Shown: positions 1 to 13,930, numbered from the stretch's first letter. The stretch is DNA of 64,000 nucleotides from Squalus acanthias (GCA_030390025.1 JASTWF010000114.1:744001-808000); one strand, 5' to 3'. The notes: a model not told the origin generated them from the letters alone. Numbers and translations: made by a program.

Positions 1-230
1 ACTGCCCTGATCGACCAATTGTTGCAGCCTGTTCTTGCCCCACAGAAATCATTTCTTCCTGTCTCGACTCCATTGTTTCTCCAATTATCCAGTCCCTTCC
101 CACCTTCATTCGCGAGTCTTCCGACAACCTCCACCACTTTAACAGTTTCCAGTTTCCCGGACCCAAAGGTTCCCTTTTCACTATGGACGTCCAATCCCTC
201 TACACCTCCATGCACCACCAGGACTGCCTT
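1..230 (+). mobile_element. Penelope-like retroelement RT fragment
   Basis: Translation includes FTMDVQSLYTSMHH (~176-217), the motif typical of Penelope/Poseidon-type RT. Confidence 0.6.
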
Positions 231-1339
231 TAGCCATGCAATTTTCTCCTGTTCAAAGCTCAGTGTAACATAGTGACATATTCAGTGTCCATTGTCAGAA
301 CTTCATCCAATTCCCTTTTGAAATTTAGCATTGAATCTGCTTCCACCACCCTCTTTCTAAATCTGAGAATCTTTTGCTATTGGCCTTTCTAATTGCATGT
401 TAACTTTCTGTGATTCGTATACAAGTATTCCCCAATCCCTCTGAACACTAACATTTACGACATTCTCAACTTCTAAAAAATATTCTTCTTTTTTTATTCT
501 TCCTACCAAAGTGAATAACCTAACATTTTCCCACATTTTACTCCATCTGCCACCTCATTGCCCACACACTGAACCTGTCTGTATCCTTTTGCAGGCACTT
601 TGCGTCCTCCTCACAGCTTACTTTCCCACCTAGCTTTGTATCGTCACCGCCTCCTTCCGCCCCGCGCTCGCGTCAAGGGCACATCGACCGTCAACACCGG
701 TCGGTGTGTCAGTGTCCAGACGGCTTCAATTTCAGATCGTCGTCAGAAGAAGTGTACGCGAGGCCGGGAGAATATCTTTTACACAGAGGCCTGTTGCACA
801 GGGACTATCCGACCAGAAACAGCGGTGGTCGCAGACTCCAGAGTAGGTTTTAAAAGGGAAATGGGTAAATATTTGGGAAATTTAAATTTAAAAGGGTAGG
901 GGAACGGGACTAAGGGGAGAGGACTTAATGAGAGAGAGATACCACGCGGCGTTGGGCTGAATGGCTCAAGGCTGCCCTCGGCTCCAGGGCTCATTTATGG
1001 CGCCACACAGCATCTGCTCGCATTCAAACGAACCAAACATACCTCAAATAGTCCTGTCAAAGGCCAGGAAGTGAGGGTGGAAATGCTGCCTGGCTTTGAG
1101 TGGGCCTATCAGTGGTGATGTTGCATTCCTGGCGCAGAGGGTGCGAGATGCAAGGGTGGGGAGTCAGTGCCCTAATTGACATAACTCTGAAATCATGCAG
1201 CAAAAACCCTGCCGAACAGCCTCCTGTGAACGCAACACAGCTCAGCCATAAAAATAAAACGAGCAGTGCGATCCCAGCCTCTGCCGAAGGCAAAGCCTCC
1301 ACTCCCACCCCCCACAGATTTTCCAACCTCTCTAACAAA

Positions 1340-1680
1340 CAACAACTTACATTGATATAGCACCTTTAATGTCCCAAGGCTCTTCACAGGAGCGTTCTCA
1401 GATCAAATTTGACATCGAGCCACATAAGGAGACATTAGGACAGGTGACCAAAAGCTTGGTCATAGAGGTTTTAAGGCGTGTTTTGAAGGAGGAGAGAGAG
1501 GCGGAGAGGTTTAGGGAGGGAATACCAGAGCTCGGGGCCCACGCGGCTGAATCGACGGCCGCCAATGGTGGAGCGATTAAAATCGGGAATATTCAAGAGG
1601 CCAGAATTGGAGGAGCGCAGAGATCTCGGAGGGTTGCAGGGCTGGTGCAGGTTACAGAGATAGGGAGGGGGGCGAAAATA
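1340..1680 (-). mobile_element. L2-clade LINE 3' fragment
   Basis: Shark L2-type sequence (GGACAGGTGACCAAAAGCTTGGTC...AGGCCAGAATTGGAGGAGCGCAGAGATCTCGG), recurring at 11.0, 48.7 and 63.6 kb. Confidence 0.65.
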
Positions 1681-1727
1681 TCAGCCCAAAAGCTGTTAGC
1701 TGGGTCACATTTTCAACTTAGTAAACA

Positions 1728-3229
1728 TTCGATGGAATCTGGAACTGTACCTATGGATTGTAGGGTAGCTAACGTTAGCCCACTATACAAAAAGGGTGGT
1801 AGAGAGAAAGCGGGGAATTACAGACCGGTAAGCCTGACATCGGTAGTGGGGAAATGCTAGAGTCCATTATAAAGGATGTAATAGCTGAGCACTTGAAAAA
1901 CAGTGACAGGATCGGACAAAGTCAACATGGATTTACAAAAGGCAAATCGTGCTTGACGAATCTATTGGAATTTTTTGAGGATGTAACTGGGAAAATAGAT
2001 AAGGGAGAACCAGTAGCTGTGGTGTATTTGGACTTTCAAAAGTCTTTCGATAAGGTCCCGCATAAGAAATTACCGTGTAAAGTTAAGGCACATGGGATTG
2101 GGGGAAAGATATTGACTTGGATAGGGAACTGGTTGGCGGACAGAAAGTAGAGAGTAGGAATTGATGGGTCTTTTTCCGAGTGGCAAGCAGTGACTAGTGG
2201 GGTAACGCAGTGATCGGTCCTTGGACCCCAGCTATTCACAATATAAATTAATTATCTAGACAAGGGAACTAAATGTAATTTCTCCAAGTTTGCAGATGAC
2301 ACAAAGCTGGGTGGGAGTGTGTGCTGCGAGCAGGATACCGAGACACTCGAGGATGATTTGGACAGGTTGGGTGAGTGGGCAGAAGCGTGGCAGATGCAAT
2401 ATAACGTGGATAAATGCGACGTTATCCACTTTGGTGTCAAAAACAGAAAGGCAGACTATTATCTGAATGGCAATGGATTGGGAGAAGCGGAAGAGCAACG
2501 AGACCTGGGTGTCCTTGTGCATCAGTCGCTGAAGGTAAGCATGCAGGTGCAGCAGGCGGTGAAGAAGGCAAATGGTATATTGGCCTTCATAGCGAAAGGG
2601 TTTGAGTCTAGGAACAGGAATGTCCTGCTGCAGTTGTACAGGGCCTTGGTGAGACCACACCTTGAGTACTGGGTGCAGTTTTGGTCGCCTTATCTGAGGA
2701 AGGATGATCTTCTCATGGAAGGAGTTCAGCGAAGATTCACAAGGCTGATACCTGGGATGGCAGGAATGACATATGAGGAGAGATTGGGTCGATTGGGCTT
2801 ATACTCGCTGGAGTATAGAAGAATGAGAGGGGCTCTCATCGAAACATATAACATTCTGACATGTCTGGACAAACTAGATGCAGGAAGAATGTTCCCGATT
2901 TTCGGAGAGTCCAGAACCAGGGGTCATAATCGAAGGATAAGGGGTAAGCCATTTAGGACAGAAATGAGGAAGATTTTCTTCAAACAGAGAGTGGTGAACC
3001 TGTGGAATTCTCTACCACAGAAGGTAGTTGAGGCCAAGTCATTAAATATATTCAAGAATGAGTTAGATATATTTCTTAAAGCTAAAGGTATCAAGGGATA
3101 TGGGGAGAAGGCAGGTACAGGGTACTGATTTTGGATGATCAGCCATGGTCTCATCGAATGGCGGAGGAGGCTCGAGGGGCCGAATGGCCTACTCCTGCTC
3201 CTATCTTCTATGTTTCTATGTTTATGTAT
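1728..3229 (+). mobile_element. 5'-truncated CR1 LINE (RT domain and 3' end), inserted only in the left duplicate
   Basis: ORFs NYRPVSLTS, YLDFQKSFDKVPH, FADDTK-region, RPHLEY; TTCTATGT tail repeats; the empty site AGTAAACA|GAGTC is intact at ~49005-49016. Confidence 0.92.
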
Positions 3230-3292
3230 GAGTCAATTGCTTCCAGATTTTGGCTGATTTCATTTAGGATCTCGCTACCGTGTCTCACTCAC

Positions 3293-3347
3293 CGTAAGGC
3301 CAGAACACGTGGAGAATGAGGATCAGGGAAAAAGCTTCCTTGAACAT
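3293..3347 (-). CDS. Orphan leader (signal peptide) exon of a gene-B-type non-rearranging IgSF receptor
   Basis: ATG at 3347, MFKEAFSLILILHVFWPY-G, phase-1 donor GTGAGT; paralog of the gene B leader 49075-49129; no V exon follows within the window. Confidence 0.75.
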
Positions 3348-3569
3348 CTTGAGGCCGGAACCGCGCTCAGTTATTCCCGTGCTCGCTCTCAACATTCTGC
3401 AGGCGGAGTGAGCGCCGAGTGACCCGAGCGCACACACAGTAGGTTAAACCCCATTCAGATACGGTGGAAACTATTCCGAGCTAAGCCGTTGGTTGCAGTA
3501 TCCTGTCGCATCCCACGCCTTCTGCATTTTGCATGTGGGCAGTGTCTTTGCGTCATAGCGGTCACCCTA

Positions 3570-3577
3570 ATGCAAAT
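3570..3577 (-). promoter_or_regulatory. Octamer motif (ATTTGCAT on the gene strand) ~220 bp upstream of the orphan leader
   Basis: ATGCAAAT on + strand; the paralogous position at ~49352 reads ATGCACAT. Confidence 0.45.
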
Positions 3578-5949
3578 TGCAGAGTCGCCATAAAGAGCTT
3601 CCGATTATAGTTCGGAGAGGGTGACAGAAAGGTCATGGTATGGATATGCGCATTTGACATTGTTCTGAATTTTAATCTTGGCAGTTAAAGTTCAGAATTG
3701 TGTTTACTTCATTCACGGGATGTGGGTGTCGCTGGCAAGGCCGGCATTTATTGCACTTCCCTAGTTGCCCTTGAAAAGGTGGTGGTGAGCCGCCTTCTTG
3801 AACCGCTGCAGTCCGTGTGGTGAAGGTGCTCCCACAGCGCTGTTAGGAAGGGAGTTCCAGGATTTTCTCCAAGCGACGATGAAGGAACGGCCGATAGACT
3901 TCCTAGTCAGTATGGTTCAACATCATGAGGGGTCCAGACAGAGTAGATAGAGAGAAACTGTTCCCATTGGCAGGAGGGTCGAGAACCAGATGACAGAGAT
4001 TTATGGAGATTGGCAGAAGAACCAAAGGCGACATGAGGAAAAACTTTTTAACGTAGCAATTGTTTAGGATCTGGAATGCACTGCCTGAAAGGGTGGTGGA
4101 AGCAGACTCAATCGTAGCTTTCAAAAGGGATTTGGATAAGTATCTGAAGGGAAATTAATCCAGGGCTATGGGGAAAGTGTGAGCGAGTGGGACTAGCTGA
4201 AATGCTCTTGCAGAGAGCCGACACGGGCTCGATGAGCCGAATGGCCACCTTCTGTGCCGCAAACAATCTATGATTCTATGATTCTGTGTGTGTGAATTGG
4301 AGTGAAACTTGGAGGTGATGATGTTCCCATTCACCTGCTGCACTTTCCTTCTAGGGGGTGATGTTCACGGGATTGGGAGGTGAAAGCCAGAAGTTCAGAA
4401 TGTAATCCAAACGTAGTCACGACACGGAAATGTTTTCATACACCGAATAAAGGAAGGACATTGAACCCTGGCTGCAATTTGTTACCAGCATCCTGAATAA
4501 GGATGTCTTATGGTCGCTATTGCTATTGGACTGTAAAGGTATTCCAGAAAGAGCTGGCTTGCGATTTCACCGGAAATACTGATCAGAGGAAATTCAGCAG
4601 GTGCCCGACAGAACAAATGTCCGATAATCTGCACTGGGAAAATCCTTAGAGGAATGAAAACGAGGGATAGTGGGTGAAAAGTTTATAAGAATTTGATCTA
4701 AACACACTTTTCTTTACCTTTAGAACAAAATAAGTACCTGGTCGTTTATTTTTATTCGTTCTTGGGATGTGGGCATCGCTGGCAAGGCCGGCATTTATTG
4801 CCCACCCTTAATTGTCCTTGAGAAGGTGGTGGTGGACTTCGTACTTGAACCGCTGCAGTCCGTGAGGTGAAGGTGCTCCCATAGTGCTGTTAGGGAGGGA
4901 GTTCCAGGATTTTGACTCAGTGACGATGAAGGAACGGCCGATATTTGTCCAAGTCAGGTCGGTATGTGTGACTTGATGGCGGAACTTGGAGGTGGTGGTA
5001 TTCCCTTTGCGTCTGCTCTCCTTGTCCTTCTAAGCGGTGGAGGTCGCGGGTTTGGGAACTGCTGTCGGAGAAGCCACGGTGAGCCGGTGGTGAAGGGAGT
5101 AGATATTTAATTAATGATATTGAGGGTCAGAATTTGATCAATTACTCCTGTGCAAACACCGGGCAATGCAGATAAACAGGACGCGGTGTCACATGGAAGG
5201 GGGGGCTGTAAATGAGCTCAATGTACTCGAATCTGCTCTCTGTTCAGTTGACTCTACCTTGGGTGACAACTCTCTTCTGTGTGCGGTTGAACATGGTGAG
5301 GCCTCAAACACTTATTGTGGTAGTTTTCAAGAATTGTGTCGAAACTAGTCAACCCAACACCGATTTCAATTGCATATTTTTTATATTTTCCACGTACTTT
5401 TAAGATTGATTCAAAGACCATCCCACAATTCTATTCTCAATATTTATGGCACGTGACCAAGGATTCACCAGAATTAATGCTTGTTTCATATTTTGTTCGT
5501 GTACAGTTTTAGCTTCAAAGGAATACCTCGCCCCGTGAACAGAAAGCAGACCGCGATCTACGTCATCTTAATTTCTATCCAATCCCCGTTATCGCTCCGA
5601 ATGGAAACAGAGCGAATCCATCAACCGCACTGGCATCTACTGATAGAAATCATCAGTTTATGTTTCGGGCATAATTTCGACCGACATTCATCCGCAGTGT
5701 AATTCCAACAGTTTTTGTTTGTATTTCAGATACCCAGATTTTAAAGTATTTTTATTATCTCTACAGGGAGTCGAGGACCCCCCGCCCCGGCCCCCTGTGG
5801 GGTGATTGATTTTAATACTTTAGCCACAGGAATTATTGTAGAGATGCAGAAATGCGACGACAATCCTGGATAATTGTGAAGATAACTCAAACTATGTTCC
5901 TAAATGGTTTCCATTCTAAGTCGATATGCAAGACTTAAGCATGCATTTA

Positions 5950-6530
5950 TGTGCGTGTGTATGTCAGTGTTTATATTTGGGTGAGTCTGTGTTTATATTT
6001 GTGCGTGTCTGTGTGTGTGTTTGTATGCGCGGCTGTGTGTGTCTGTATGTGTGTATATATATACGTGTGTATGTATGTGTGAGTATGTCTGTGTGTATAT
6101 GTGTGCGTCTGTGTGTGGGTGTGAGTATTTTTCTTTATTCAGGGGATGTGGGCGTCGCTGGCAAGACAAGGATTTATTGTCCATCCCTAGTTGCCCTTGA
6201 GAAGGTTGTGGTGAGCCGTCTTCTTGAACTGCTGCAGTCCGTGTGGTGAAGGTTCTCCCACAGTGATGTTAGAGAAGGAGTCCCAGGATTTTGACACCGC
6301 GACAATGAAGGAACAGCCGATATATTTCCACGTCAGGATGATGTGTGACTTGGAGGGGAACTTGGAGGTGGTGGTGTTCCCAAGCGCCTGCTGCCCTTGT
6401 CCTTCTAGGCGTATGTTTATGTGTGTAGGTGTTTGTGTGTATGTGTGTATGTGTTTGTGTGTATGTATGTGTGTATGTATGTGCGTGTATGTGTGTATGT
6501 GTTTTTGTATGTGCACATTTATGTGTGCTA
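5950..6530. repeat. (TG)n-like microsatellites flanking a LINE 3' fragment
   Basis: GT-rich low-complexity tracts ~5950-6125 and ~6410-6530. Confidence 0.85.
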
Positions 6531-6996
6531 TAACGAGAAGATGTTGCTATCTGTCTACGTCACTAAGCAGCGAGCTTGTCCCTCCGAACTGGCAAACAGC
6601 TTTTTCATTGAGTTCCCAGGCACACGCAGACTCTTCGCTTGCCGGTAGAGGCGCCATATCACCGGTTTCCATTCTCTTAAACCAATGACCTGAGTCCATT
6701 GTTCGGAACTTTGCCCCTTAACCCTGGAAACACTTCTCCTGGCAGCTGGCGTATGATGAAACGGTTGATTGGATTGAGTGGACGTGTCAACCAATCAAAC
6801 AGTGCATTTGTTTGAATGGATACTTTGATTTTAAAATGAATCTTGTTTGTTTCGAATTTGAGATTATTTATCGTTATTATCCGTCTACTCTTGCCTATAA
6901 ACAGTAAACCAGATCCGTGTCTTATGCAGAACGAGTAAGCTGATATAAACTCGATTTAAATATCTATATATTTCCCTGTTTTAACATGTTTTTCAG

Positions 6997-7200
6997 GCTC
7001 GGGATGGCCCGCGGGACCAGACTCTACGCATCGTTGCATTTTGCTGCGTTGAAAATGTCACCAAAAAAGAACGCAGGAAAGATACGTGAACTCGAATGGG
7101 ATCCGTCAGATTTACGAAAGAATCCAATGCAGGAGGAAACAGCAATTGAACTTGCAATGTAAAGCCACAGAGACTCTCAACAAATACCTAAACTATCTCA
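6997..7200 (+). pseudogene. Orphan terminal ITIM-type exon plus 3'UTR of a gene-B-like receptor
   Basis: After TTTCAG: ARDGPRDQT..YASLHFAALKMSPKKNAG (2-nt deletion) aligns with gene B last exon GGPRDQILYASLEFAATEKSSKKKAG; UTR similarity continues (AAAGAATCCA...CAAATA.CTAAACTATCT). Confidence 0.75.
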
Positions 7201-10200
7201 AACTAAGGTGTTTAAGAATATTAAAGTTGATAGAAAATAGAAAGACTTCCATTTATAAAGCGCCTTTCACCAATACTGGACGTCCCAAAGCGCTTTACAG
7301 CCATTGACGTACTTTTTGAAGTGTAGTCACTGTTGTAATGTAGGAAACGCAGCAGACAATTTCCACGCAGCAAGCTCCCACAAAGACCAATGTGATAATG
7401 ACCAGATCGTATGTTTTTTAGTGATGCTGGATGAGGGATAGATATTGGCCAGGACTCCAGCGTGATCACCCCTGCATTTCCTTGAAATATTGTCATTGCA
7501 TCTTTTGCGTTAACCTAATAGGGCAGACAGGGCCTCAGTTTAATGCCTCATCTGAAAGACGGCAGCGCTGACAGTGCAGCGCTGCCTCAACACTGCACTG
7601 GAATGTCAGCCCAGATTTTTGGGCTCAAGTCTCTGGAGTGGGATTTGAACCTACAAGCTTCAGACTCAAAAGCGAGGGCGCGCGCAACTCGGCCACAGCT
7701 GACTCCTTTTCGATCGAGAGAAAATATTTCTTCTGGTGGCGGGAGTCCAGAACAAGGGGGCATAATCTTAAGTTAGAGTCAGCCCGTTCAGGGGTGATGT
7801 CAGGAAGCACTTCGTCACAAAAAGTGCAGTGGAAATCTGGAACTCTCTCTCCCAAAAAGCGTTGAGTCTGCGGGTCAATTGAAAATTTCAAAATTGAGAT
7901 TGATAGAATTTTGTTGGGTAATGGTATTAAGTGTTAAGGAACCAGGGCGGGTAGATGGAGTTAAGATGCAGATCAGGCGTGATCTCATTGAACGGCTTCG
8001 TCCTGTTCCTATGTTCCTATCGCTTTGCGCTCGCCAGTATTTACGTAGAAGGTATTGCTTTTTCAAACACCGCTTGGCATATTATAAAGATAATCCAGTG
8101 TATCAGTAAGATGGCAGTGTACAATTAACATTAAACAACAAGGAGGATCTGGTCGCGTATTTTCCTGCACTTTTTGCCTTGACTGGTGGCACTGTATAGG
8201 CTAGAAGGGGAAAGAATGTTCCCACTAGTTGATGGTACAAGGACTAGGGGACACAGATTTAAGATTTTAGGCAAGAGATACAGGGGGATGTGAGGAAAAA
8301 TTGTTTTACACAGCGAGTGGTGAGGACCTGGAATTCGCTGCCGACGGAAGTGGTGGAAGTGGAGACACTCAATGCTTTCAAGGGGAGACTGGATAGGCAA
8401 TTCAGGGAAATAAACTTGCACAGCTACGGGATAGAGCAGGGGTATGGGACTGACGGGATTGCTCTTCAGAGAGCCGGCATGACTCGATGGGCCGAATGGC
8501 CCCCTTCTGTGCCGTATGACTCTATGACTATGACTGTAGCACCAGTTAGTGGCCAGTTTGTTGTAAACTTCCCGCAAGCAATTTTTTTTTTTCCTAAAAT
8601 AGAATAATGCATTAGAAGTTTAGAATCATAGGATCATAGAATGGTTACAGCACAGAAGGAGGCCATACGGCCGATCGAGCCCGTGCCGGCTCTCTGCAAG
8701 AGCACGTCAGCTAGTCCCACCCCCGCCCTTTACCCGTAGTTTTTTTCTTCAGGAACTTATCCAACTCCTTTTCGAAAGCCATGAATGAGTCTGCCTCCAA
8801 CACACTTTCAAGCAATGCATTCCAGATCCTAACCACTCGCTGCATAAAAATCATTTTCCTTATGTCGCTTTGCTTCTTTTGCAAATCACCTAAATCTGTG
8901 TCCTCTGCTTCTCGATCCTTCCGCCAATGGGAACAGTTTCCCTCCATCTACGCTGTCTGGACCCCTCATGATTTTGAATACCTCTATAAAAATCTACTCT
9001 CAACCTTCTCTGCTTTAAGGAGAACAACCCTAGCTTCTCCAGTCCATCCATGTAACTGAAGACCCTCATCCCTGGAATTGATCAATTGTTATTTTGTAAT
9101 TTGATCCCGTCATGATTTTTTGAATGAGATGAGGATTGCTGATGCTTGATATGATAGATATGTGTTCAAACATCCTCCTCCTAATTGGCCAGCAGGTCCC
9201 TCAAAGAAGTTCTTGATTTTTGTGGATATTTATATTGGCCGCTAGGCGCACTGTGTCCCGAGTTTCCATTCAGTGCATATTAAAACCAGGCCCCACCATT
9301 CTGACCCTTTTACCTGAGGCTAATTAAGTAAATGGGACTGATTGATTACGGTACATTAATTTTGCTTATTTCTTGAGAGGTTTTGTTCACGCCCGTTATA
9401 TTTCTGAAATAAAAGATTTGGAAACCGTGTTCTTCCCCAGAGTGCAATAGTGTTTCACACTGAAATAGGATAAGTAAACCACTTCTTGTTCAGGTGTTAG
9501 CAGTTGCGCAGTTGCTAGCACTCTCGACTCTTGATTTGGAAGTTTGTGGGCCCAACTCCCAGTCCAGATTTCAGGATGTCCCAACACGCTTAGAGACGAG
9601 GCAGTACTTTTAAAGTGCAGTCGCAGTTGTAATGTAGGAAACGCTGCAGCCATATTGCGCACAGCAAGCTCTCATAAACAGCAACGTTATATTTTCCAGA
9701 TAATCTGTTTTAGTGATGTAGGTTGAGTGATAAATTTTAACCAGGTGAACCTCAGCTCTTCTTTGAAATAGAGCCGTGGCATACTTTACATCCACACGAA
9801 AATTAAGACGGTGGCTCGATTTAACATCTAATCCAAAAGACGGCACCTCCGACACTGCGGCGCTTCCTCAGTACTGGCACTGGGTTATCAGCCTGGATTA
9901 TGTGCTGAAGCCTTTGGAGTGGGACTTGAAACCACAACCTTCTGACTCAGAGGCGAGCAGGACAGATAGTTATATTCTGTAACTGCTGAATTGAACACTC
10001 CCCGAACAGAGATATCAACCACAAGGCCATACGAGGACAGAAAATCCACTACTTAACCTATGAACACCTGGCCATACTTGGGAAGGCCTGAACCCCTCCG
10101 ATGATACCTGGGAGAAGTTTACTAAAAATTGTTCTTGTGAATAAAATTCAATCCACAATAAATTAATGCCTATCGGTATCTGTAGGATTGTGTTTAAAGA

Positions 10201-10959
10201 CAACCTACATCTTGTGCAATAGAAAGTGTTGCAGAAATCTATTCTATTCCACAATTTAATAAATATCCAGGAAAGACACATTGCAGTAAGTCGAAAGTAT
10301 ATTAAGTATAACTGGAATTGTTGGTAACCATGTTCTGCTGGAGCTTGCTTGATGGTGAAAGGGAGTTGAGGAGAAATTTTCAGAGATCTTTCCTTCTGAA
10401 ATGTGTTAGTTAGCATCACTGGCGGTTGTAAAGGGAGGTTTACATTCAATGGATATGGTTAACATTCATTACCTGATGGCCGAAACACACCTTTCTATTA
10501 GTTCATGATGGTTTTGTGTGTAACCATTGCTTGCATTTAATTGAAAAAATTGTTGTCCCGAACATTCTTGATTGAATGATGCTTATTCTCCAATTTTTGT
10601 TTCTGGAATCATGATTGTGGTTTTAGATATGTGTAAATCACAATATCAAAGCAAAATTGTAAACTATGTCTCATTGTACTTCCTGTGCATGTTCGCTGAG
10701 CTAAAAGAGAGAAAGAGAAAGAGAGAGAAACAGAGAGAGAGAGAAAGAGAGAGACAGGGAGAGAGAGTTTCTGTAGTTTGGGTCATGAGTTCTGTTTGCT
10801 GTAGTTCGAACAGACTCTTTTAAATAGACTCTGTAGACTGTTTGCTGTACAGCGCTGTTTAAATAGACTCTGTTTGCTCAGCAAATAGAATTTGTTTGCT
10901 GTAAAATAGTTTGTTTGCTGTGAGTCCTGCCTTAAGTCCCGACCCACCTCCAACAACAA

Positions 10960-11890
10960 CAACAACAACAAGTGGTATTTATATAGCGCTTTTACTGTAG
11001 TAAATGTTGCAAGGTGCTTCACAAGTGCGTTTGCACATAAAAATTGATTCCAAGCCACGTAAGAACTAACGATATATTAGGGCAGATAACCAAAAGCTTG
11101 GTCAAGAAGGTATGTTTAAAGGAGCTTGTAAGAGAAGGAGAGACAGATAGGGCGGTGGAGAGGTTTAGGCAGGGAATTCCAGAGCTTAGGGCACAGGCAT
11201 CTGAAAGCACAGCCGGCAATAGTTGAGAGATTATAATTGGGAATGTTCTATAGGCCAGAATTGGAGGAGCGCAGATATCTCGGAGGGTTGTGGGGCTGGA
11301 GGAAATTACAGAGATAGTGAGGCCATGGAGAAATTTGAAAACAAGGATGAGAAATTTTAAATCGAGGTTTGCATAACCGTAAGCCAATGCAGTTCAGCGA
11401 GCAGAAGGGTGATCATTGATCAAGTATTGGTGCAAATTAGGACACGGGCAGCCGAGTTTTGGATGACCTCAAGGTTACAGAGTGTAGAAAGTCGTATTCC
11501 GGCCAGTAGTGATTTGAATATTCAAGTATTGAGGTCACAAAGGCACGGATGATGGTTTCAGCAGCAGATGAGCTGAGGCAAGAGCGGAGATGGGTGCTGT
11601 TACGGAGGTGGACATATGCAGTCTTAGTTATGGTGCAGATATGTGTTCGGAAGATCATCTCAGGGTCAGATATGGAAACAAGACTATGAGCAGTCTGGTT
11701 CTGCCAGCGAGAGGGATGGAGTCCATGGCGAGGGAGCGGAATATGTGGCGGGTTCCAAAGACAGTGGCTTGGGTCTTCCCAATATTTAATTGGTGTAAAT
11801 TTCTGCTCATCTAGTGCTGGATGTTGGACAAGCAGTGTGACAATTTAAAGATAGTTGATGGGTCGAGAGAGGTGATGGTGAGGTAGATCT
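10960..11890 (-). mobile_element. L2 LINE fragment
   Basis: Minus-strand ORF remnants (TKTAYVHLRN, AETIIRAFVTSILEYSN) typical of L2 RT C-terminus; (CAA)n tail at ~10950. Confidence 0.75.
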
Positions 11891-11933
11891 GACACAGTGG
11901 TGTCAACAGACGTTCTGACTTGGCTATTGGCCA

Positions 11934-13930
11934 TAGAATCATAGAAACATAGAAAAATAGGAGCAGGAGTGGGATATTCAGCCCTTCGAGCCTGCTCCGC
12001 CATTCAATATGATCATGGCTGATCTTCTATCTCAATACAATATTACCGCTATCTCGCCATACCCCTTGATGCCTTTTGTGTCTAGAAATCTATCTATCTC
12101 CTTCTTAAATATATTTAGTGACTTGGCCTCCACAGCTGTCTGTGGTAGAGAATTCCACAGGTTCACCACCCTCTGAGTGAAGAAATTTCTCCTCATCTCA
12201 GTCCTAAATGTCCTACCCCGTATCTTGAGACTGTGACACCTAGCTCTAGATCCACCCCCCCAGCAATGGGTAACATCCTGCCTGCATTCTGTCTGTCTAG
12301 CCCTGTCAGAATTGTATACGTGTCCACGAGATTTCCTCTCATTCTTCTAAACTCTAGTGAATACAGGCCTAGGCAACACAATCTCTCCTCATAGGACAGT
12401 CCTGCCATCCCAGGAATCAGTCTGCTGAACCTTCGCTGCACTCCCTCTATGGCAAGTTTATACTTTCTTAGTCAAGGAACCAAAACTACATACAGTACTC
12501 CAGGTGTGATTCCACCAAGGCCCAGTATAACCGTAGTAAGACATCCTTGCTCCTTTAATCAAATCCTCTTGCAAAGAAAGCCAACATACCATTTGCCTTC
12601 CTAACTGCTTGCTGCACCTCCATGTTTGCTTTCAGTGACTGGTGTACAAGGATACCCAGGTCCCTCTGTACATCAACATTTCCCAATCTATCACCATTTA
12701 AATAATACTCTTGTCTAAATCGCCTTGAAGCCTCTTTGCTTTCTCCTCAGAACTCACAATCTCACCTAGTTTCGTGTCGTCAGCAAACTGGGAAATATTA
12801 CATTTGGTTCCCTCATCGAAATCATTGATATATATTGTGAATAGCTGGGGCCCAAGCATTGAGCTCTACGGTACCCCACTGGTCACCGCCTGCTACACCG
12901 AAAAATACCCATTTATTCCTTCTCTCTGTTTCCTGTCTGTTAACCAATTTTCTATCCATGCCAGTATGTTACCCCCAATCCCATGTGCTTTAATATTGCA
13001 CACATTAGCTCTTATGTGGGACTTTATCAAAGGCCTTCTGAAAATACAAATAAACCACATCCAGTGGTTCTCCCTTTTCTATTCTACCAGTTACATCCTC
13101 AAAAATCTCCAGCACGATTTCCCTTTCATACATCCATGTTGACTTTGTCTAATCCCATTGATATTTTCTAAGTGTCCTGTTATCACATCCTTTACAATAG
13201 ACTCTAGCAATTTCCCTACTACTGATGTTAGGCTAACCGGCCTGTAGTTCCCTGTTTTCACTCTCCCTCCTTTTTTAAATAGTGGGGTTACGTTTGCCAC
13301 CCTCCAATCTGCAGGAATTGTTCCATAATCGATAGAATTTTGGAAGATGACAAACAATGCATCCACTGTTTCCATGGCTACCTCTGTTAGTACTCTGGTA
13401 TGCAAATTATCCGGCCGTGGGAATTTAGCGGCTTTCAGTTAAATTAATTTCTCCAGCACTATTTTTTTACTAATACTAACTTCCTTTAATTCCTCCTTCT
13501 CTCTAGACCATTGGTTCCCTAGCATTTCTGGGAAGTTATTTGTGCCCTCTTTCGTGAAGATAGAACCAAAGTATATGTATAATTACTCAAACCTTTCCTT
13601 GTTCCCCATTATTAATTCTGCGGTTTCTGACTGTAAGTGACCTACATTTGTATTCACAAATCTTTTTTCTGTTTACATATTTGTCGAAGCTTGTACAGTG
13701 CGCCTTTATGTTCCTTGCACATTTACTCTCATGCTCTATTTTCCCCTCTTAATCAAACTCTTGGTCCTTTTTGGGTGAATTCTGAACTGCTCCTAATCCT
13801 CAGGCTTGCTACTTTTTCTGGCAACGTTATATGAATCCTCTTTGGATCTAATACTATCCTTCATTTCTTTTGTTAGCCGCTTTTCCTTAAGTGTTTTTGC
13901 GCCAGAAAGAAATATATAACTGTTGCATTA
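11934..13930 (-). mobile_element. Degenerate CR1 LINE
   Basis: ORFs 13091-13405 (WRVANVTPLFKKGGR..NYRPVSLTS) and 12193-12441 (RLIPGM..GLYSLEFRR); 3' tail CATAGAA repeats at 11934; interrupts a unique sequence intact at 14948-15000. Confidence 0.9.

Larger units (their letters stand above)
1330..11440 (+). repeat. Segmental duplication, left copy (paralogous to ~48600-56540 plus 63550-64000)
   Basis: Colinear near-identical unique blocks, e.g. 3230-3720 vs 49010-49500, 5160-5300 vs 50820-50960, 5400-5990 vs 51710-52299, 9060-10990 vs 54660-56535. Confidence 0.9.

Noticed and set aside
5926-6688. Cys/Val-rich and His/Thr-rich ORFs (also 44109-44489 and ORFs spanning N gaps)
   Set aside because: Translations of TG/CA microsatellites or N runs
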